From: Candidatus Yanofskybacteria bacterium RIFCSPHIGHO2_01_FULL_41_26
GTDB taxonomy: Bacteria; Patescibacteriota; Minisyncoccia; 2-02-FULL-40-12; GWA2-44-9
DNA length: 64,000 bases
Assembly: GCA_001794055.1 (NCBI GenBank)
Contig: MGJB01000012.1
Location: 1,124 to 65,123 of the forward strand
Direction: 5' to 3'
The position numbers were made by a program, and so were the translations under genes. The notes under the pieces are model-generated. The model was not told the origin of the DNA. It worked only from the letters and a program-made list of their open reading frames with translations, and did no database searches. Of this stretch, positions 41,028-50,455 are shown piece after piece. How positions within the stretch are numbered: position 1 is the first letter of the stretch; each line of letters opens with the position of its first letter.

Positions 41028-41735
41028 CTAACTTGCGAGCACCGCCGCAGGATTGTTGCCGTGGAAGCGGTAGCCCAGCCAGCGGTAGCCCCAGCGCCAC
41101 GCACCGTCGTCCCAGAACAGAAACCGGACACACAGGCTGCCGTTGGAGTTGCGGTAGATGGTCCCCCAAAAGAATACGTACTTGCCTTTCCATTCCTCTG
41201 GGATGAGCTCCGGGTGAGCCAGCAGGTAGTCCAGGACATTGGCGTTGAGCACGGGCTCGGACGCCAGCTCCTTACGGAGCTTGTTACCCTCAATGCACTT
41301 GCTGTCCATCTGGTTTGGCGAGAGGTGGAGCTTGATCTTGGACAGGTCCAGTTTGAACTGGCCACCCTTTTTGTGATTCTCCACTCCTCTCCAGCCCTGC
41401 GGCAGGAAGGGGTCGGCGTCGCAGTCGATCACATGTTGGACCAGTCCAACTCTCGCAGCCCCGCAAAGGGCTTGCCGAACGAGTTGTAGCAAGTCCTTCC
41501 GTCCGGCCAGTGCCCGAATTTGTCCGGGTGTGAAGCCGAGCCGAACGAGGACATCCTCGAGTTCCAGTGCGGCCCACACGCTTGGGTCCGTTTTGTGAAC
41601 CCTGGCTGTGGTTGCCTGGCTCCACGAAGACGCCTTCCTCAAGACCTCGAAGTCGTGAGGGGTCACGCCCAACCGGTCTAAAATCTCAACGGTTGCGTGA
41701 AGTTCCGAATGCGGCATTTTGATCAGATCTCCCAT
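41028..41735 (-). CDS. DGR-target paralogue 2 with VR-like C-terminus (VR2, 41033-41158)
   Basis: 235 aa from MGDLIKM, preceded by AAAGGAGA SD. GC-rich. C-terminal IYRNSNGSLCVRFLFWDDGAWRWGYRWLGYRFHGNNPAAVLAS is homologous to the TR/VR1 fold. Nucleotide similarity to the TR is interrupted by non-adenine differences. Confidence 0.65.
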   Translation of the reverse strand: MGDLIKMPHSELHATVEILDRLGVTPHDFEVLRKASSWSQATTARVHKTDPSVWAALELEDVLVRLGFTPGQIRALAGRKDLLQLVRQALCGAARVGLVQHVIDCDADPFLPQGWRGVENHKKGGQFKLDLSKIKLHLSPNQMDSKCIEGNKLRKELASEPVLNANVLDYLLAHPELIPEEWKGKYVFFWGTIYRNSNGSLCVRFLFWDDGAWRWGYRWLGYRFHGNNPAAVLAS

Positions 41736-41985
41736 GATTGGATCTCCTTTCGTCGTTTTTGCTCCCCCTTGTTCAAGAGGTCGCATACGCCAGCGGGCTT
41801 CCGGGTACTTCCGGATTTGCCATAGCAGACAAAGGCCGAATAAATCAGCCACTCTATGCTAAGGCAAATCTCGCAAATTATATGAATAATCAAAGAACTA
41901 TAATATGTTTTAATTATACTCCTTTCCCATAAAAAGTCAAGTTATAAAAGTGGCTTAATTCAAGGTTTTTGATATACTTTCTCTT

Positions 41986-42951
41986 ATGCTCAAATTAGGC
42001 ATGATCGGGCTTCCGAATGTGGGAAAATCAACCCTCTTCAAAGCCCTGACAAATAAACAGGTGGATATTCAGAATTACCCTTTCACTACCATCGACCCGA
42101 ATGTCGGTGTTGTTGCTGTGCCCGATGAACGCCTAAAACCCTTGGCGGAACTTTCAAATTCAAAGAAAATAATTAACACAACCATTGAATTTTACGACAT
42201 CGCTGGACTGGTTAAAGGCGCCTCACAAGGCGAGGGTCTGGGAAATAAATTTTTAGCCAACATCCGCGAAGTAGATGCCATTGCTCATATGGTTCGTGTT
42301 TTTGAAGATAAAAATATAACCCATGTCCATAATAAAATTGACCCCGTTGGCGACATAGAAATAATCCAAACCGAACTTGAACTTGCGGATTTACAGACAA
42401 AAGAAAAAAGAAATGAGAAAAAAGATAAAGACCTGCCTGCCCTTGATTTATTGAGCAATAAAAAAGTGATTTTTGTGCTCAATGTCTCCGAGTCCCAAAT
42501 ATCTGAAGGATGGAAACCCGGACCCGAATTATTAAAAGCCATGGCCGGCAGAGATTATGTTGTTCTCTCTACTCCACTGGAACTGATCTTATCCGAAGCC
42601 ACAGAAGACGAGAAAAAAGAATACCTCGCGGGTTTTAACATGAAAGAACCAGGCTTGGATCTACTTATCAAACAAAGTTACAAAACTCTTGGCTTGGTAA
42701 CTTTTCTGACCACCGGAGAAGACGAGACCCGCGCCTGGACTGCTCACAAGGGTGACCTGATTCCCAAAGCATCCCGCGCCATCCACACCGATTTTGAAAG
42801 ATTATTTATCCGCGCCGAGGTTATCAATTGGAAAACCCTCCTTGAAGCTGGAGGATTAGTCCCCGCCCGCGCCAAAGGCCTCGTCCGCACCGTTGGCAGA
42901 GACTACATAATTCAAGAAGGTGATGTCGTAGAAATTCTTATTGGCAAATAA
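41986..42951 (+). CDS. ychF: Ribosome-binding ATPase YchF
   Basis: [22 protein letters not shown] (G1), [13 protein letters not shown]-terminal TGS-like [17 protein letters not shown]. Confidence 0.85.
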   Translation: MLKLGMIGLPNVGKSTLFKALTNKQVDIQNYPFTTIDPNVGVVAVPDERLKPLAELSNSKKIINTTIEFYDIAGLVKGASQGEGLGNKFLANIREVDAIAHMVRVFEDKNITHVHNKIDPVGDIEIIQTELELADLQTKEKRNEKKDKDLPALDLLSNKKVIFVLNVSESQISEGWKPGPELLKAMAGRDYVVLSTPLELILSEATEDEKKEYLAGFNMKEPGLDLLIKQSYKTLGLVTFLTTGEDETRAWTAHKGDLIPKASRAIHTDFERLFIRAEVINWKTLLEAGGLVPARAKGLVRTVGRDYIIQEGDVVEILIGK

Positions 42952-42982
42952 AAAGACCCCGCAAATAGCGGGGTAATTAATC
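42952..42982. terminator. Intrinsic terminator after ychF
   Basis: aaaaagaccccgc-aaata-gcggggtaatt hairpin. Lies between convergent genes. Confidence 0.45.
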
Positions 42983-43216
42983 TTTCAAATACCTAACATA
43001 GAGATAACAACAGGCGATGCTACCTAAATTAGTAAGAACTATATAGAATGTTCTCTCGTAATTTAAGTTTTCGGTATTCCCAAAGGTGCAAAATAAAAAG
43101 TAAGGGATAGACCACACCAACCATATAATCAATATATCTCCAACAATTCTCAACAGGGTTAATATTCGCCCCAACCCCTTCTCCTTTACTTCGGTCTGTT
43201 TAACATAGAGTAACAC
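42977..43216 (-). CDS. Small hypothetical membrane protein
   Basis: 79 aa, two hydrophobic helices. No homology recognised. Could be spurious. Confidence 0.3.
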   Translation of the reverse strand: MLLYVKQTEVKEKGLGRILTLLRIVGDILIIWLVWSIPYFLFCTFGNTENLNYERTFYIVLTNLGSIACCYLYVRYLKD

Positions 43217-43223
43217 AACACAG

Positions 43224-43252
43224 TTGACTTTTCAATGGTTGTTTGCTAATAT
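43224..43252 (+). promoter_or_regulatory. Sigma70 promoter of rpsF-ssb-rpsR operon
   Basis: TTGACT-17 nt-TAATAT. A ~100-nt structured leader (GGAGUCACUCC hairpin) precedes the GTG start of rpsF. Confidence 0.5.
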
Positions 43253-43358
43253 TAAGCGTCATTAATAAATGGTTTTAGGACTTGAGAAATCCGCTAGCTT
43301 GCGGACCCATTAGAGGAGTCACTCCTCTCTATTTCTCAGACTAATTTCATTATCACAA

Positions 43359-43805
43359 GTGAGGCAAACTAACTACGAATTAGCCTTCCACCTAAATCCA
43401 AACCTGGAAGGAGTCAGGGTTCAAGAAATTAAAGAAAAAATAGAAAATATTATAACCTCCAACAAGGGTGTTGTTTCTTATTCCAAAGAACCAGAAAAAA
43501 TAAGGTTATCTTATGAGATTAAACATGTGGGTAACAGTTTTTTCGGCTATATCCAGTTTAATTTGTTCGAATCCCAAGCTTTAGACGAGTTAAACGAACA
43601 GCTTAAATTAAATCCCGAAGCACTAAGATACTTGATAATCAAATTGCCTTCGGATTTACAAAAGAAGCAGTCCATGTTAAAACAGATTAAGATGAGAGAA
43701 AGACAGGAAAAAAGAGCTCAAACTAAGGCTGTCATTCCCACAGAATCCAAGCAAGAGTCCAAAGAATTAGACAAAAAACTCGAGGAAATAATTGAGGGAT
43801 TATAA
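43359..43805 (+). CDS. rpsF: 30S ribosomal protein S6
   Basis: GTG start. MRQTNYELAFHLNP...RLSYEIKH...Y, the S6 pattern (R.YE..F...P). C-terminal acidic/Lys extension. Confidence 0.85.
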   Translation: MRQTNYELAFHLNPNLEGVRVQEIKEKIENIITSNKGVVSYSKEPEKIRLSYEIKHVGNSFFGYIQFNLFESQALDELNEQLKLNPEALRYLIIKLPSDLQKKQSMLKQIKMRERQEKRAQTKAVIPTESKQESKELDKKLEEIIEGL

Positions 43806-43810
43806 AAAAT

Positions 43811-44350
43811 ATGAATTTAAATAAAGTTTATTTAATAGGAAGACTAACCCAAGACCCGGAAACGAGATCTACTACAAGCGGCCAGAGCGTTACGACTTTA
43901 AGAATGGCAACAAACAGGGTCTGGAAAGATCTTTCCGGGGGCAGAAAAGACGCCACCGAATATCACACTGTAATTGCTTGGAGCCGGTTGGGAGAGATTG
44001 CGAGCCAGTATTTGAGAAAGGGCGGTTTGGTCATGATAGAAGGCCGACTTCAGACAAGAAATTGGACCGGAAAAGACAATGTCAAACGATATGTTACCGA
44101 GATAATCGCCGAGAGTTTGCAGTTGGGACCAAAGCCTGGCGGCGGACAGGGCAACTATTCTTCTGAAGTGACTGACATAAAAAATCCTTCGACCTATTCG
44201 ACAAGCTCAGGGCAGGCAGGCTCAGAACGAGGTTCCTCCCTGTCGCCCGTTAAAGATGCCGACATACCGATAATCGACGAAAATGAGCCGATGAACGCCG
44301 GAGTTGAAGAAGATGAAATGAGTATTAAAGAAAAAGATCTGCCATTTTAA
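43811..44350 (+). CDS. ssb: Single-stranded DNA-binding protein
   Basis: MNLNKVYLIGRLTQDPETR...YHTVIAWSRLGE OB-fold. Gly/Gln-rich linker. Acidic C-terminal tip EKDLPF. Confidence 0.9.
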   Translation: MNLNKVYLIGRLTQDPETRSTTSGQSVTTLRMATNRVWKDLSGGRKDATEYHTVIAWSRLGEIASQYLRKGGLVMIEGRLQTRNWTGKDNVKRYVTEIIAESLQLGPKPGGGQGNYSSEVTDIKNPSTYSTSSGQAGSERGSSLSPVKDADIPIIDENEPMNAGVEEDEMSIKEKDLPF

Positions 44351-44352
44351 AT

Positions 44353-44562
44353 ATGGAATGTAAATTTTGTCAGGATAATATATCGAGAGTGGATTATAAG
44401 AACACTCAATTCTTAAGGAAGTACGTCACTTCCCAGTTTAAGATTGCCACAAGCCGCAGGAACCAGCTTTGCAATAAACATCAAAGAAGAGTAGCCGAAG
44501 CGGTCAAACTCGCAAGATTCATGGCTATTATGCCATATACTCGAAACCAAACCGTCAAATAG
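44353..44562 (+). CDS. rpsR: 30S ribosomal protein S18
   Basis: CKFCQDNISRVDYKNTQFLRKYVTSQFKIATSRRNQLCNKHQRRVAEAVKLARFMAIMPYT, the canonical S18 motifs. Confidence 0.9.
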   Translation: MECKFCQDNISRVDYKNTQFLRKYVTSQFKIATSRRNQLCNKHQRRVAEAVKLARFMAIMPYTRNQTVK

Positions 44563-45021
44563 TCGCTCAAACTATATTCCCCCGACTCGACCGATAATAA
44601 AGCACCTCCAGCGGGCGCTTTTTATCTACATGCTCGACATTTCGCAGAACCAAGCCGAAATGCCTCCGCAAGTTCTCCCTGGGAGAGAATATAGCTTTCG
44701 CTTTTAATTAGAATAAAAAGACCCCGCGGACAAGCGAGGTCCCCTTTTTGTATGCCGGAAAGGGTATCCGGCCGACTCCTCGATGGAAGCCGCTTTTGTA
44801 ATTGGTGGGGCTAGTCGTTATCGGCCATCAGTGCGACATGCACTCGATCCGAGGGATTTACGCCCCCTCAGTTAACCTTGCCGTCTCCACCGGGAATCCC
44901 TAGCAGAGAGGTGATGAGTTATTGCCCCTACTTACCTCATCACCGATTTGAAAAAGAAGGTGGGGAAGTCTCCCCGAAATTAATCTCCAAAAAAAGATTT
45001 AGAAACTAATTTCGAGAGGCT

Positions 45022-45355
45022 GGGTTGATAACCCAGCCTACCCGGGACGAACCTACGAAGGCCTCGCTTCCTTGGCCTCCTTCGAGGTCAAGACTTGGCC
45101 ATTCACGATGACGAAGGTCTTTTCCCCGACCCTCACCACCTGCTTCACCGGTACCTGCTTCATTGGATTCTCCCTGGGACCACTGCTTAAGGAGAGTGGC
45201 ATTCCTGACCTTTCGGTCGTGTTATAGAAAGAACTCGCGAAGCGGGAAAGTGAGTAGCAGGATTCTACCTGCACCTCTGGCTCACTACGTGATCCCAATG
45301 GGAGTCCGGGTCTCTTCCAGCACCCTGCATCCGGGCCGCACCCCACCCCCAGCCT
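45022..45355 (-). ncRNA. rnpB: Candidate RNase P RNA (rnpB), low confidence
   Basis: Minus strand GGAAGAGACCCGGACUCCCAUUGGGAUCA resembles P4-5' GGAAAGUCCGGGCUCCAUAGGGCA. A later GUCCCGGGUAGGCUG could be the complementary P4-3' strand. The ends GAGGCUGGG/CCCAGCCUC can pair as P1. Length ~330 nt in a 1.15-kb ORF-free gap. Confidence 0.3.
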
Positions 45356-45609
45356 CGCGAAATTAAATCATATACCATACGACCTAATTTCGCAAGACTA
45401 AGCTTATATAACATATTATACTCTCCTAAAACCAAAATGTCAACCTTTTTTTCTTACCACATCCTCGAAGCCAATCAGCCCCAAGACTACCATTCGAACA
45501 CCCAGCGTGTGTTCTCATTGCCTTTCGTCAGTCGCTCTCCAATAAGAATTGGAACCATGCCCGCTTCCTTCCTCTAAGCGCGCTTTGTGACTGGTTAAAT
45601 TCTCGGTTG

Positions 45610-45716
45610 AGCGAATGCCTTATTCCAAAGAAGAACGTTCGGAGGCTACCCCGGGCCGAGAGAGAGCAAAAACCCAGCAGGGTTTTATGCGGTCTTCGTG
45701 GGATAGGGCATTCGCG
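45610..45716. repeat. Structured intergenic repeat, copy A (just 3' of recA)
   Basis: 77-nt core ccaaagaagaacgttcggaggctaccccgggccgagagagagcaaaaacccagcagggttttatgcggtcttcgtggg enclosed by a 12-bp stem cgaatgccttat/atagggcattcg. Confidence 0.6.
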
Positions 45717-45721
45717 AAAGA

Positions 45722-46756
45722 CTAAGCTTCCAATACTGCTGCTGCCTTAATTTTAGTTACAATTTCTCGCTCCACCTTAGGATTTTCTTTGAGGAATTGG
45801 CGGGAGCCTTCTACCCCTTGGCCAAGCTTTTGTTCACCATAGTTATACCAACTACCAGCTTTAGCAAGAACACCATATTTGACACCTGTATTCACAACAT
45901 CAGAATAACGAGAAATGCCTTCATTGTACAAAATATCAAATTCACAAGTTCTGAAAGGGGGCGCGACCTTGTTCTTAACAATTTTTACCTTGACCCTGTT
46001 TCCTACTATTTTTTCAGCAGCTTGGATTTGAGCGGCCTTTCTGATTTCAATTCTTACAGAAGAATAAAATTTCAACGCCATTCCTCCTGGAGTTGTCTCG
46101 GGATTTCCGAACATAATTCCGATTTTCATTCTCAATTGGTTAATAAAAATTATGGAAGTATTTGATTTGGCGACAATGGCGGTGAGTTTTCTCAAAGCAT
46201 GGGACATCAACCGTGCCTGCAAGCCCATATGCTGCTGATCCATCTCCCCTTCTATTTCTGCCCTCGGCGTTAGTGCCGCCACCGAATCAACAACAATCAC
46301 ATCGATGCCTCCCGACTTAACTAATGATTCAACAATATCCAACGCTTGTTCACCTGTATCAGGCTGAGATATCAAAAGGTTTCCCAAATTAACCCCGATC
46401 TTTTTGGCATATTCGGGATCAAGCGCATGCTCGGCATCAACATAAGCGGCAACTCCGCCCTTCTTCTGGGCTTCGGCCACCACATGTAGACAAAGGGTCG
46501 TTTTGCCGGAACTTTCAGGACCGTATATCTCAATAACTCTGCCCCTGGGTATTCCTCCCACCCCTAAAGCCAAATCCAGCGAAATAGAGCCGGTCGGAAT
46601 GACATCCACATTAACCCTCTTCACATCCCCCAAACGCATAATAGACCCTTCGCCATACTTCTCTTGGATCTCTTTGACGGTCATATCAACGTGTTTGTTG
46701 TTTGTAGTTTCCTCTTGATGCTTCTTCGCCATTTTTGTTGAGAACGCTCCCCTCAA
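45722..46756 (-). CDS. recA: Recombinase RecA
   Basis: [17 protein letters not shown] (Walker A), [22 protein letters not shown]1/L2 loops. 344 aa. Confidence 0.97.
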   Translation of the reverse strand: MRGAFSTKMAKKHQEETTNNKHVDMTVKEIQEKYGEGSIMRLGDVKRVNVDVIPTGSISLDLALGVGGIPRGRVIEIYGPESSGKTTLCLHVVAEAQKKGGVAAYVDAEHALDPEYAKKIGVNLGNLLISQPDTGEQALDIVESLVKSGGIDVIVVDSVAALTPRAEIEGEMDQQHMGLQARLMSHALRKLTAIVAKSNTSIIFINQLRMKIGIMFGNPETTPGGMALKFYSSVRIEIRKAAQIQAAEKIVGNRVKVKIVKNKVAPPFRTCEFDILYNEGISRYSDVVNTGVKYGVLAKAGSWYNYGEQKLGQGVEGSRQFLKENPKVEREIVTKIKAAAVLEA

Positions 46757-46824
46757 AGCGGTTTTAAATTTATTTAATTATTTTAACAGCATTAATTATT
46801 AAAGCAAATTACTTTTCAACAAAT

Positions 46825-47172
46825 TTAAAACCGCCTTTGAGGCGGTCCAAAGATGTCATCCTGATATGCCTTACATCCGAGTTCAAATTCTGCGCGAGTT
46901 ACATTGTCAGGGTCAGGATATTTTTCGATTTGTCCAATGGTCGCCTTGAGTAGGCGCGGAATCCACATCCAACAAAGATTGTGGCCTTTCTGTTCAGCCA
47001 CTATTTCCAACTCTGTCCGCCAACGTTTTAATGTTTCTTCGGCTTCGCTGGCTCTGGCCGACTGGCGCATGACATCTTTTACTAATTCCTCATTTCTTTT
47101 TTTCAATCTTTCTATTTCATTTTTAAATTCTTCGTGTTCGGTCGGATATTGAGTTGCCACATAATTCTCCAC
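46825..47172 (-). CDS. Hypothetical coiled-coil protein upstream of recA
   Basis: 115 aa with a charged heptad-like N-terminal half (EEFKNEIERLKKRNEELVKD). No domain recognised. Not RecX-like. Confidence 0.45.
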   Translation of the reverse strand: MENYVATQYPTEHEEFKNEIERLKKRNEELVKDVMRQSARASEAEETLKRWRTELEIVAEQKGHNLCWMWIPRLLKATIGQIEKYPDPDNVTRAEFELGCKAYQDDIFGPPQRRF

Positions 47173-47232
47173 AAATCAAAAAGTGCTACCACATAGAGTA
47201 GCACTTTTTAAAAAATATCAAACTAGCTGTTA

Positions 47233-47338
47233 GGGGCGAGGCCTGATCCAAAGAAGAACGTTCGGAGGCTACCCCGGGCCGAGAGAGAGCAAAAATTCAG
47301 CATAATTTTATGCGGTCTTCGTGGGTCAGGTCTCGCCC
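47233..47338. repeat. Structured intergenic repeat, copy B (just 3' of ftsK)
   Basis: Same 77-nt core, in direct orientation to copy A. Differs only in an internal hairpin (AAAAAUUCAGCAUAAUUUU versus AAAAACCCAGCAGGGUUUU, compensatory). Enclosed by a different outer stem gggcgaggcctgatc/gtcaggtctcgccc. Confidence 0.6.
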
Positions 47339-47348
47339 TTAACCAAAA

Positions 47349-49544
47349 CTAAACTTCCTCTGTTTCATCTGCTTCCGCTTCGGGAGTATCGGCATTGATT
47401 CCCGTCTCCCCACCTATGAACTTTACTGGCTCCTGGGCTACCGTACCGTCTGGCCTTATATAAACCTCCCTCGGCTTAGCGCCGTCTCCCGGCCCGATAA
47501 CACCCTTTTCTTCAAGTATATCCAGCAAGCGGGCAGCGCGGGCATAACCGACGCGTAAACGCCTTTGCAACAATGAGGCCGAGGCCTTGCCGGCCAAGAC
47601 AACTGTTTCTTTGGCTTCGCCGTATAGATCATCATCGGTATCATCATTTCCTCCGCCAGTAAATCCTCCGCTGGAATTAATGTTGGCATTGAAATCAACT
47701 TTCAAATCATTTTCTTCACCTATTTCCATGTTCTCGGCTTGCGCCTTGATAAACTTCATAACATCTTTGACTTCTTTTTCGGTTACCATCGCCCCCTGCA
47801 ACCTGCGTGGTTTTGCTACATCACCAGCTAAGAAAAGCATGTCTCCTTTGCCCAGTAATTTCTCAGCTCCGGCCATATCAAGAATGGTTCGAGAATCAAT
47901 TTGGCTAGCTACCTGAAGAGCAACTCGGGAAGTAATGTTAGCCTTGATCAGGCCGGTAATAACCTCAACTGAAGGTCTCTGAGTAGACAAGATAAGATGT
48001 ATTCCAACCGCTCGGGACATTTGAGCCAAACGAACTATAGCTGCCTCCACATCACGCCCGTATGTAGCCATTAAGTCCGCCAACTCATCAATCACAATAA
48101 CAATAACCGGCATGATTGCTTTATCCCTATCCGCCATCTTTGCATTATATGAAAATATGTCTTTTGAACCGCTTTTTGAAAGCGAATCATAACGTCTATC
48201 CATCTCACTCAACGCCCATTTCAAAGCTCCGAGCACTTTTTTATTATCGATAATTACAGGGGTAATCAAGTGGGGAATATCGTTGAACAAAGTAAGCTCC
48301 ACGCGTTTCGGATCTATCAAAATTAATTTCAAAACCTCGGGAGAATGCTTATAAAGCATGGACAAAAGTATAGTATTGATACTGACGGATTTACCAGTGC
48401 CGGTCGCTCCCGCGATCATAAGGTGGGGCATTTTTTCAAGTCCGGCAAAAACTGGATTTCCCGAAACGTCCCTTCCCAAAGCAAGGGGTAGAAAATATTT
48501 AGATTTCTTGAAATCGTCATGGTCAAACATATTTCTCAAGCCGATCAATGCAACTTTTTTGTTCGGAACTTCTATGCCTACCAATGATTTGCCAGGAATA
48601 GGAGCTTCAATTCTGATTGGGTAAGCGGCAAGAGCCAAAGACAAATCAGAATTTAGCGCTGTAATACGAGATAGTTTCATGCCCACCGCCGGCCTCATGG
48701 TGAACTGGGTAACCGTAGGGCCGATAGAGACCTCGCCCATTTCCACATCAATCCCGAAGTTGCCTAAGGTTCTCTTGATGATTGATGCGCTGGCATTGAT
48801 ATCTCCCGTGATCGCTTCTTCTTGATCTTCATGCAAAAGATCTGACGGCGGAAGCACCCATTTGCCTTTTTTAAAATTCTTGATAACGAACTCTTTGTCC
48901 TCAACTTTTATAGGCTTGGCAACCAGAGCCGGTTTTCCGCCAGCTGGCGGATTCCCAACAACTTCGGAGCCTTTCTTGATGACGACATTATCAACCATCC
49001 GCCGGCTGGCAGATTCTTCCTCATCTTTTTTAGATATCAACCCGTAAAGAGGAACATTGAGAGATACAAGCAATGCAATCACAATGAGAGCAAAAAGAAT
49101 TATCAAAGAAGCGCTGAAACCCACGGACGACAAAAGAGGCGCTCCAAGAATAACCCCAAGATATCCGCCCTGAACTAGCCTAGTATCAAAATTCCCGTTT
49201 CCAAATATATAAAAAGTCCCCAAAATAGAACCGACAAAAAGCAAAGTCCCAAACACCGCACCATGATAAATATTCCTTGAAATTGATTTGATGAACGAAA
49301 GCCCCAAAATGACAAACGCCACAGGCACAATAAAAAACCCCCAGCCGAACAGAGAGCGCGCAAAAATATTAAAACCTTCGCCGGCCCAACCGGCTTTGCC
49401 CACAAAACTCAAGATGCTCAAAACTGCCAATATAAAACTGCCTATGCCGTAGATACTATTCTTAGTTTCCTGAGAAATATCAAACTTTGACACCTGCTCT
49501 TCCTTAACTTTTCCCTGCTTTTCCTTCTTTTTATGCCGTGCCAT
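47349..49544 (-). CDS. ftsK: DNA translocase FtsK/SpoIIIE
   Basis: N-terminal 4 TM helices, motor domain GATGTGKSV (Walker A), C-terminal gamma winged-helix (LLQRRLRVGYARAARLLDILEE). Confidence 0.92.
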   Translation of the reverse strand: MARHKKKEKQGKVKEEQVSKFDISQETKNSIYGIGSFILAVLSILSFVGKAGWAGEGFNIFARSLFGWGFFIVPVAFVILGLSFIKSISRNIYHGAVFGTLLFVGSILGTFYIFGNGNFDTRLVQGGYLGVILGAPLLSSVGFSASLIILFALIVIALLVSLNVPLYGLISKKDEEESASRRMVDNVVIKKGSEVVGNPPAGGKPALVAKPIKVEDKEFVIKNFKKGKWVLPPSDLLHEDQEEAITGDINASASIIKRTLGNFGIDVEMGEVSIGPTVTQFTMRPAVGMKLSRITALNSDLSLALAAYPIRIEAPIPGKSLVGIEVPNKKVALIGLRNMFDHDDFKKSKYFLPLALGRDVSGNPVFAGLEKMPHLMIAGATGTGKSVSINTILLSMLYKHSPEVLKLILIDPKRVELTLFNDIPHLITPVIIDNKKVLGALKWALSEMDRRYDSLSKSGSKDIFSYNAKMADRDKAIMPVIVIVIDELADLMATYGRDVEAAIVRLAQMSRAVGIHLILSTQRPSVEVITGLIKANITSRVALQVASQIDSRTILDMAGAEKLLGKGDMLFLAGDVAKPRRLQGAMVTEKEVKDVMKFIKAQAENMEIGEENDLKVDFNANINSSGGFTGGGNDDTDDDLYGEAKETVVLAGKASASLLQRRLRVGYARAARLLDILEEKGVIGPGDGAKPREVYIRPDGTVAQEPVKFIGGETGINADTPEAEADETEEV

Positions 49545-49602
49545 ATAGAATCAATTATAAGACATCGTGCAGATAAATCAAGAAATAAAAAAAAGCCAGC
49601 TA

Positions 49603-50358
49603 TTAGCTGGCACACCATACGAGAGCAGTGGCGTTGTCCTTAAGACCCCTTTTTTCAGCCCATTCCATAAGTTCATCCGCAGTAGCATTTCTTTTGGCAA
49701 ATTCTCTCACCTCTTCTACCAAACGAGGGGTGTCAGAATGTCCGGGATCAAAAAGACCATCAGACGCAACCAGTACCCACACCGGTTCGGCAATAGTATA
49801 AATTTCGGGTTCCCTGGAGAGAATACCATCTAGATGAGCATCGCCAAGAGCTCGGCTTATCTGAAGACCCTGAGCCAAATCGCTTAAATCACTCCAAATA
49901 TATCCACCACTATATATCCCGCCTCGTTCTTCAGCTGCTTTTCTTTCTTCAAGATTTGAACGCACATTATGTTCAGGACTTGTATGCAATCTACCCTGTT
50001 TGTCGTAAATTACCACTGGAGAGTCACCCAAAATTGCAACTGATGCGGTATTCAACTCCTCGGAAATTATTACGCCTGAAAAAGTTGATCCGACTGTGTA
50101 TTGACGAGTGGAACGGTTTAGGTCAGCAACCAATGAATTTAATCTGTGCTCTGGCTTTCCCTCGTTAAGCGCTATCATTCTAAAAATATTTTTTGCACAA
50201 AAACCAGCAACTCCTTCTCCGCCATGTCCATCCATAACAACCAGCAACCGCCATTTTCTGTCCGGAATATAAGTTTCATAATATCTATCCTCTTGATATG
50301 GTCTTGGTCCCTGTTTTACGGCAGATGTGACATTGCCTTTCATGTTTACCCCCTTCAA
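49603..50358 (-). CDS. PP2C-family Ser/Thr protein phosphatase
   Basis: YQEDRY...LLVVMDGHGGEGVAGF, LASDGLFD metal-binding motifs. 251 aa. Confidence 0.85.
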   Translation of the reverse strand: MKGVNMKGNVTSAVKQGPRPYQEDRYYETYIPDRKWRLLVVMDGHGGEGVAGFCAKNIFRMIALNEGKPEHRLNSLVADLNRSTRQYTVGSTFSGVIISEELNTASVAILGDSPVVIYDKQGRLHTSPEHNVRSNLEERKAAEERGGIYSGGYIWSDLSDLAQGLQISRALGDAHLDGILSREPEIYTIAEPVWVLVASDGLFDPGHSDTPRLVEEVREFAKRNATADELMEWAEKRGLKDNATALVWCAS

Positions 50359-50455
50359 ATGTAAGCGAACTCCCCCTAAACTAACCCAAATCAGCCCTCA
50401 AGTCAACCCCACCAACTTCCAAAAACTATTTTTACTCATAGATTTTGGGGTTAGT

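Noticed and set aside
40930-41030. Periodic ccaagg repeats (tccaaggaccaagggtccaaggtc...accaaggagccaagttccaaggac) between the target-2 stop and its terminator, considered as a CRISPR-like or mini-satellite array or a cruciform
   Set aside because: The units are 6-nt with irregular spacing and are not self-complementary. There is no spacer/repeat architecture and no hairpin. They are most likely low-complexity 3'UTR sequence.
40885-41625. ORFs 40895-41365 (-), 40956-41489 (+), 41290-41625 (-) and 40885-41193 (-) around target 2
   Set aside because: They are alternative frames of the GC-rich target-2 gene. Only the frame with the AAAGGAGA SD and C-terminal VR homology (41028-41735) is credible.
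44700-45020. tmRNA (ssrA) in the noncoding gap
   Set aside because: On either strand I could not locate a tRNA-like T-arm (GGUUCGAnUCC) with a 3' CCA, nor a tag reading frame ending in ALAA or LAA. The GGGGGCGUAAAUCC/GGAUCGAG similarities to tmRNA 5' ends are too weak by eye. Left for a cmscan check.
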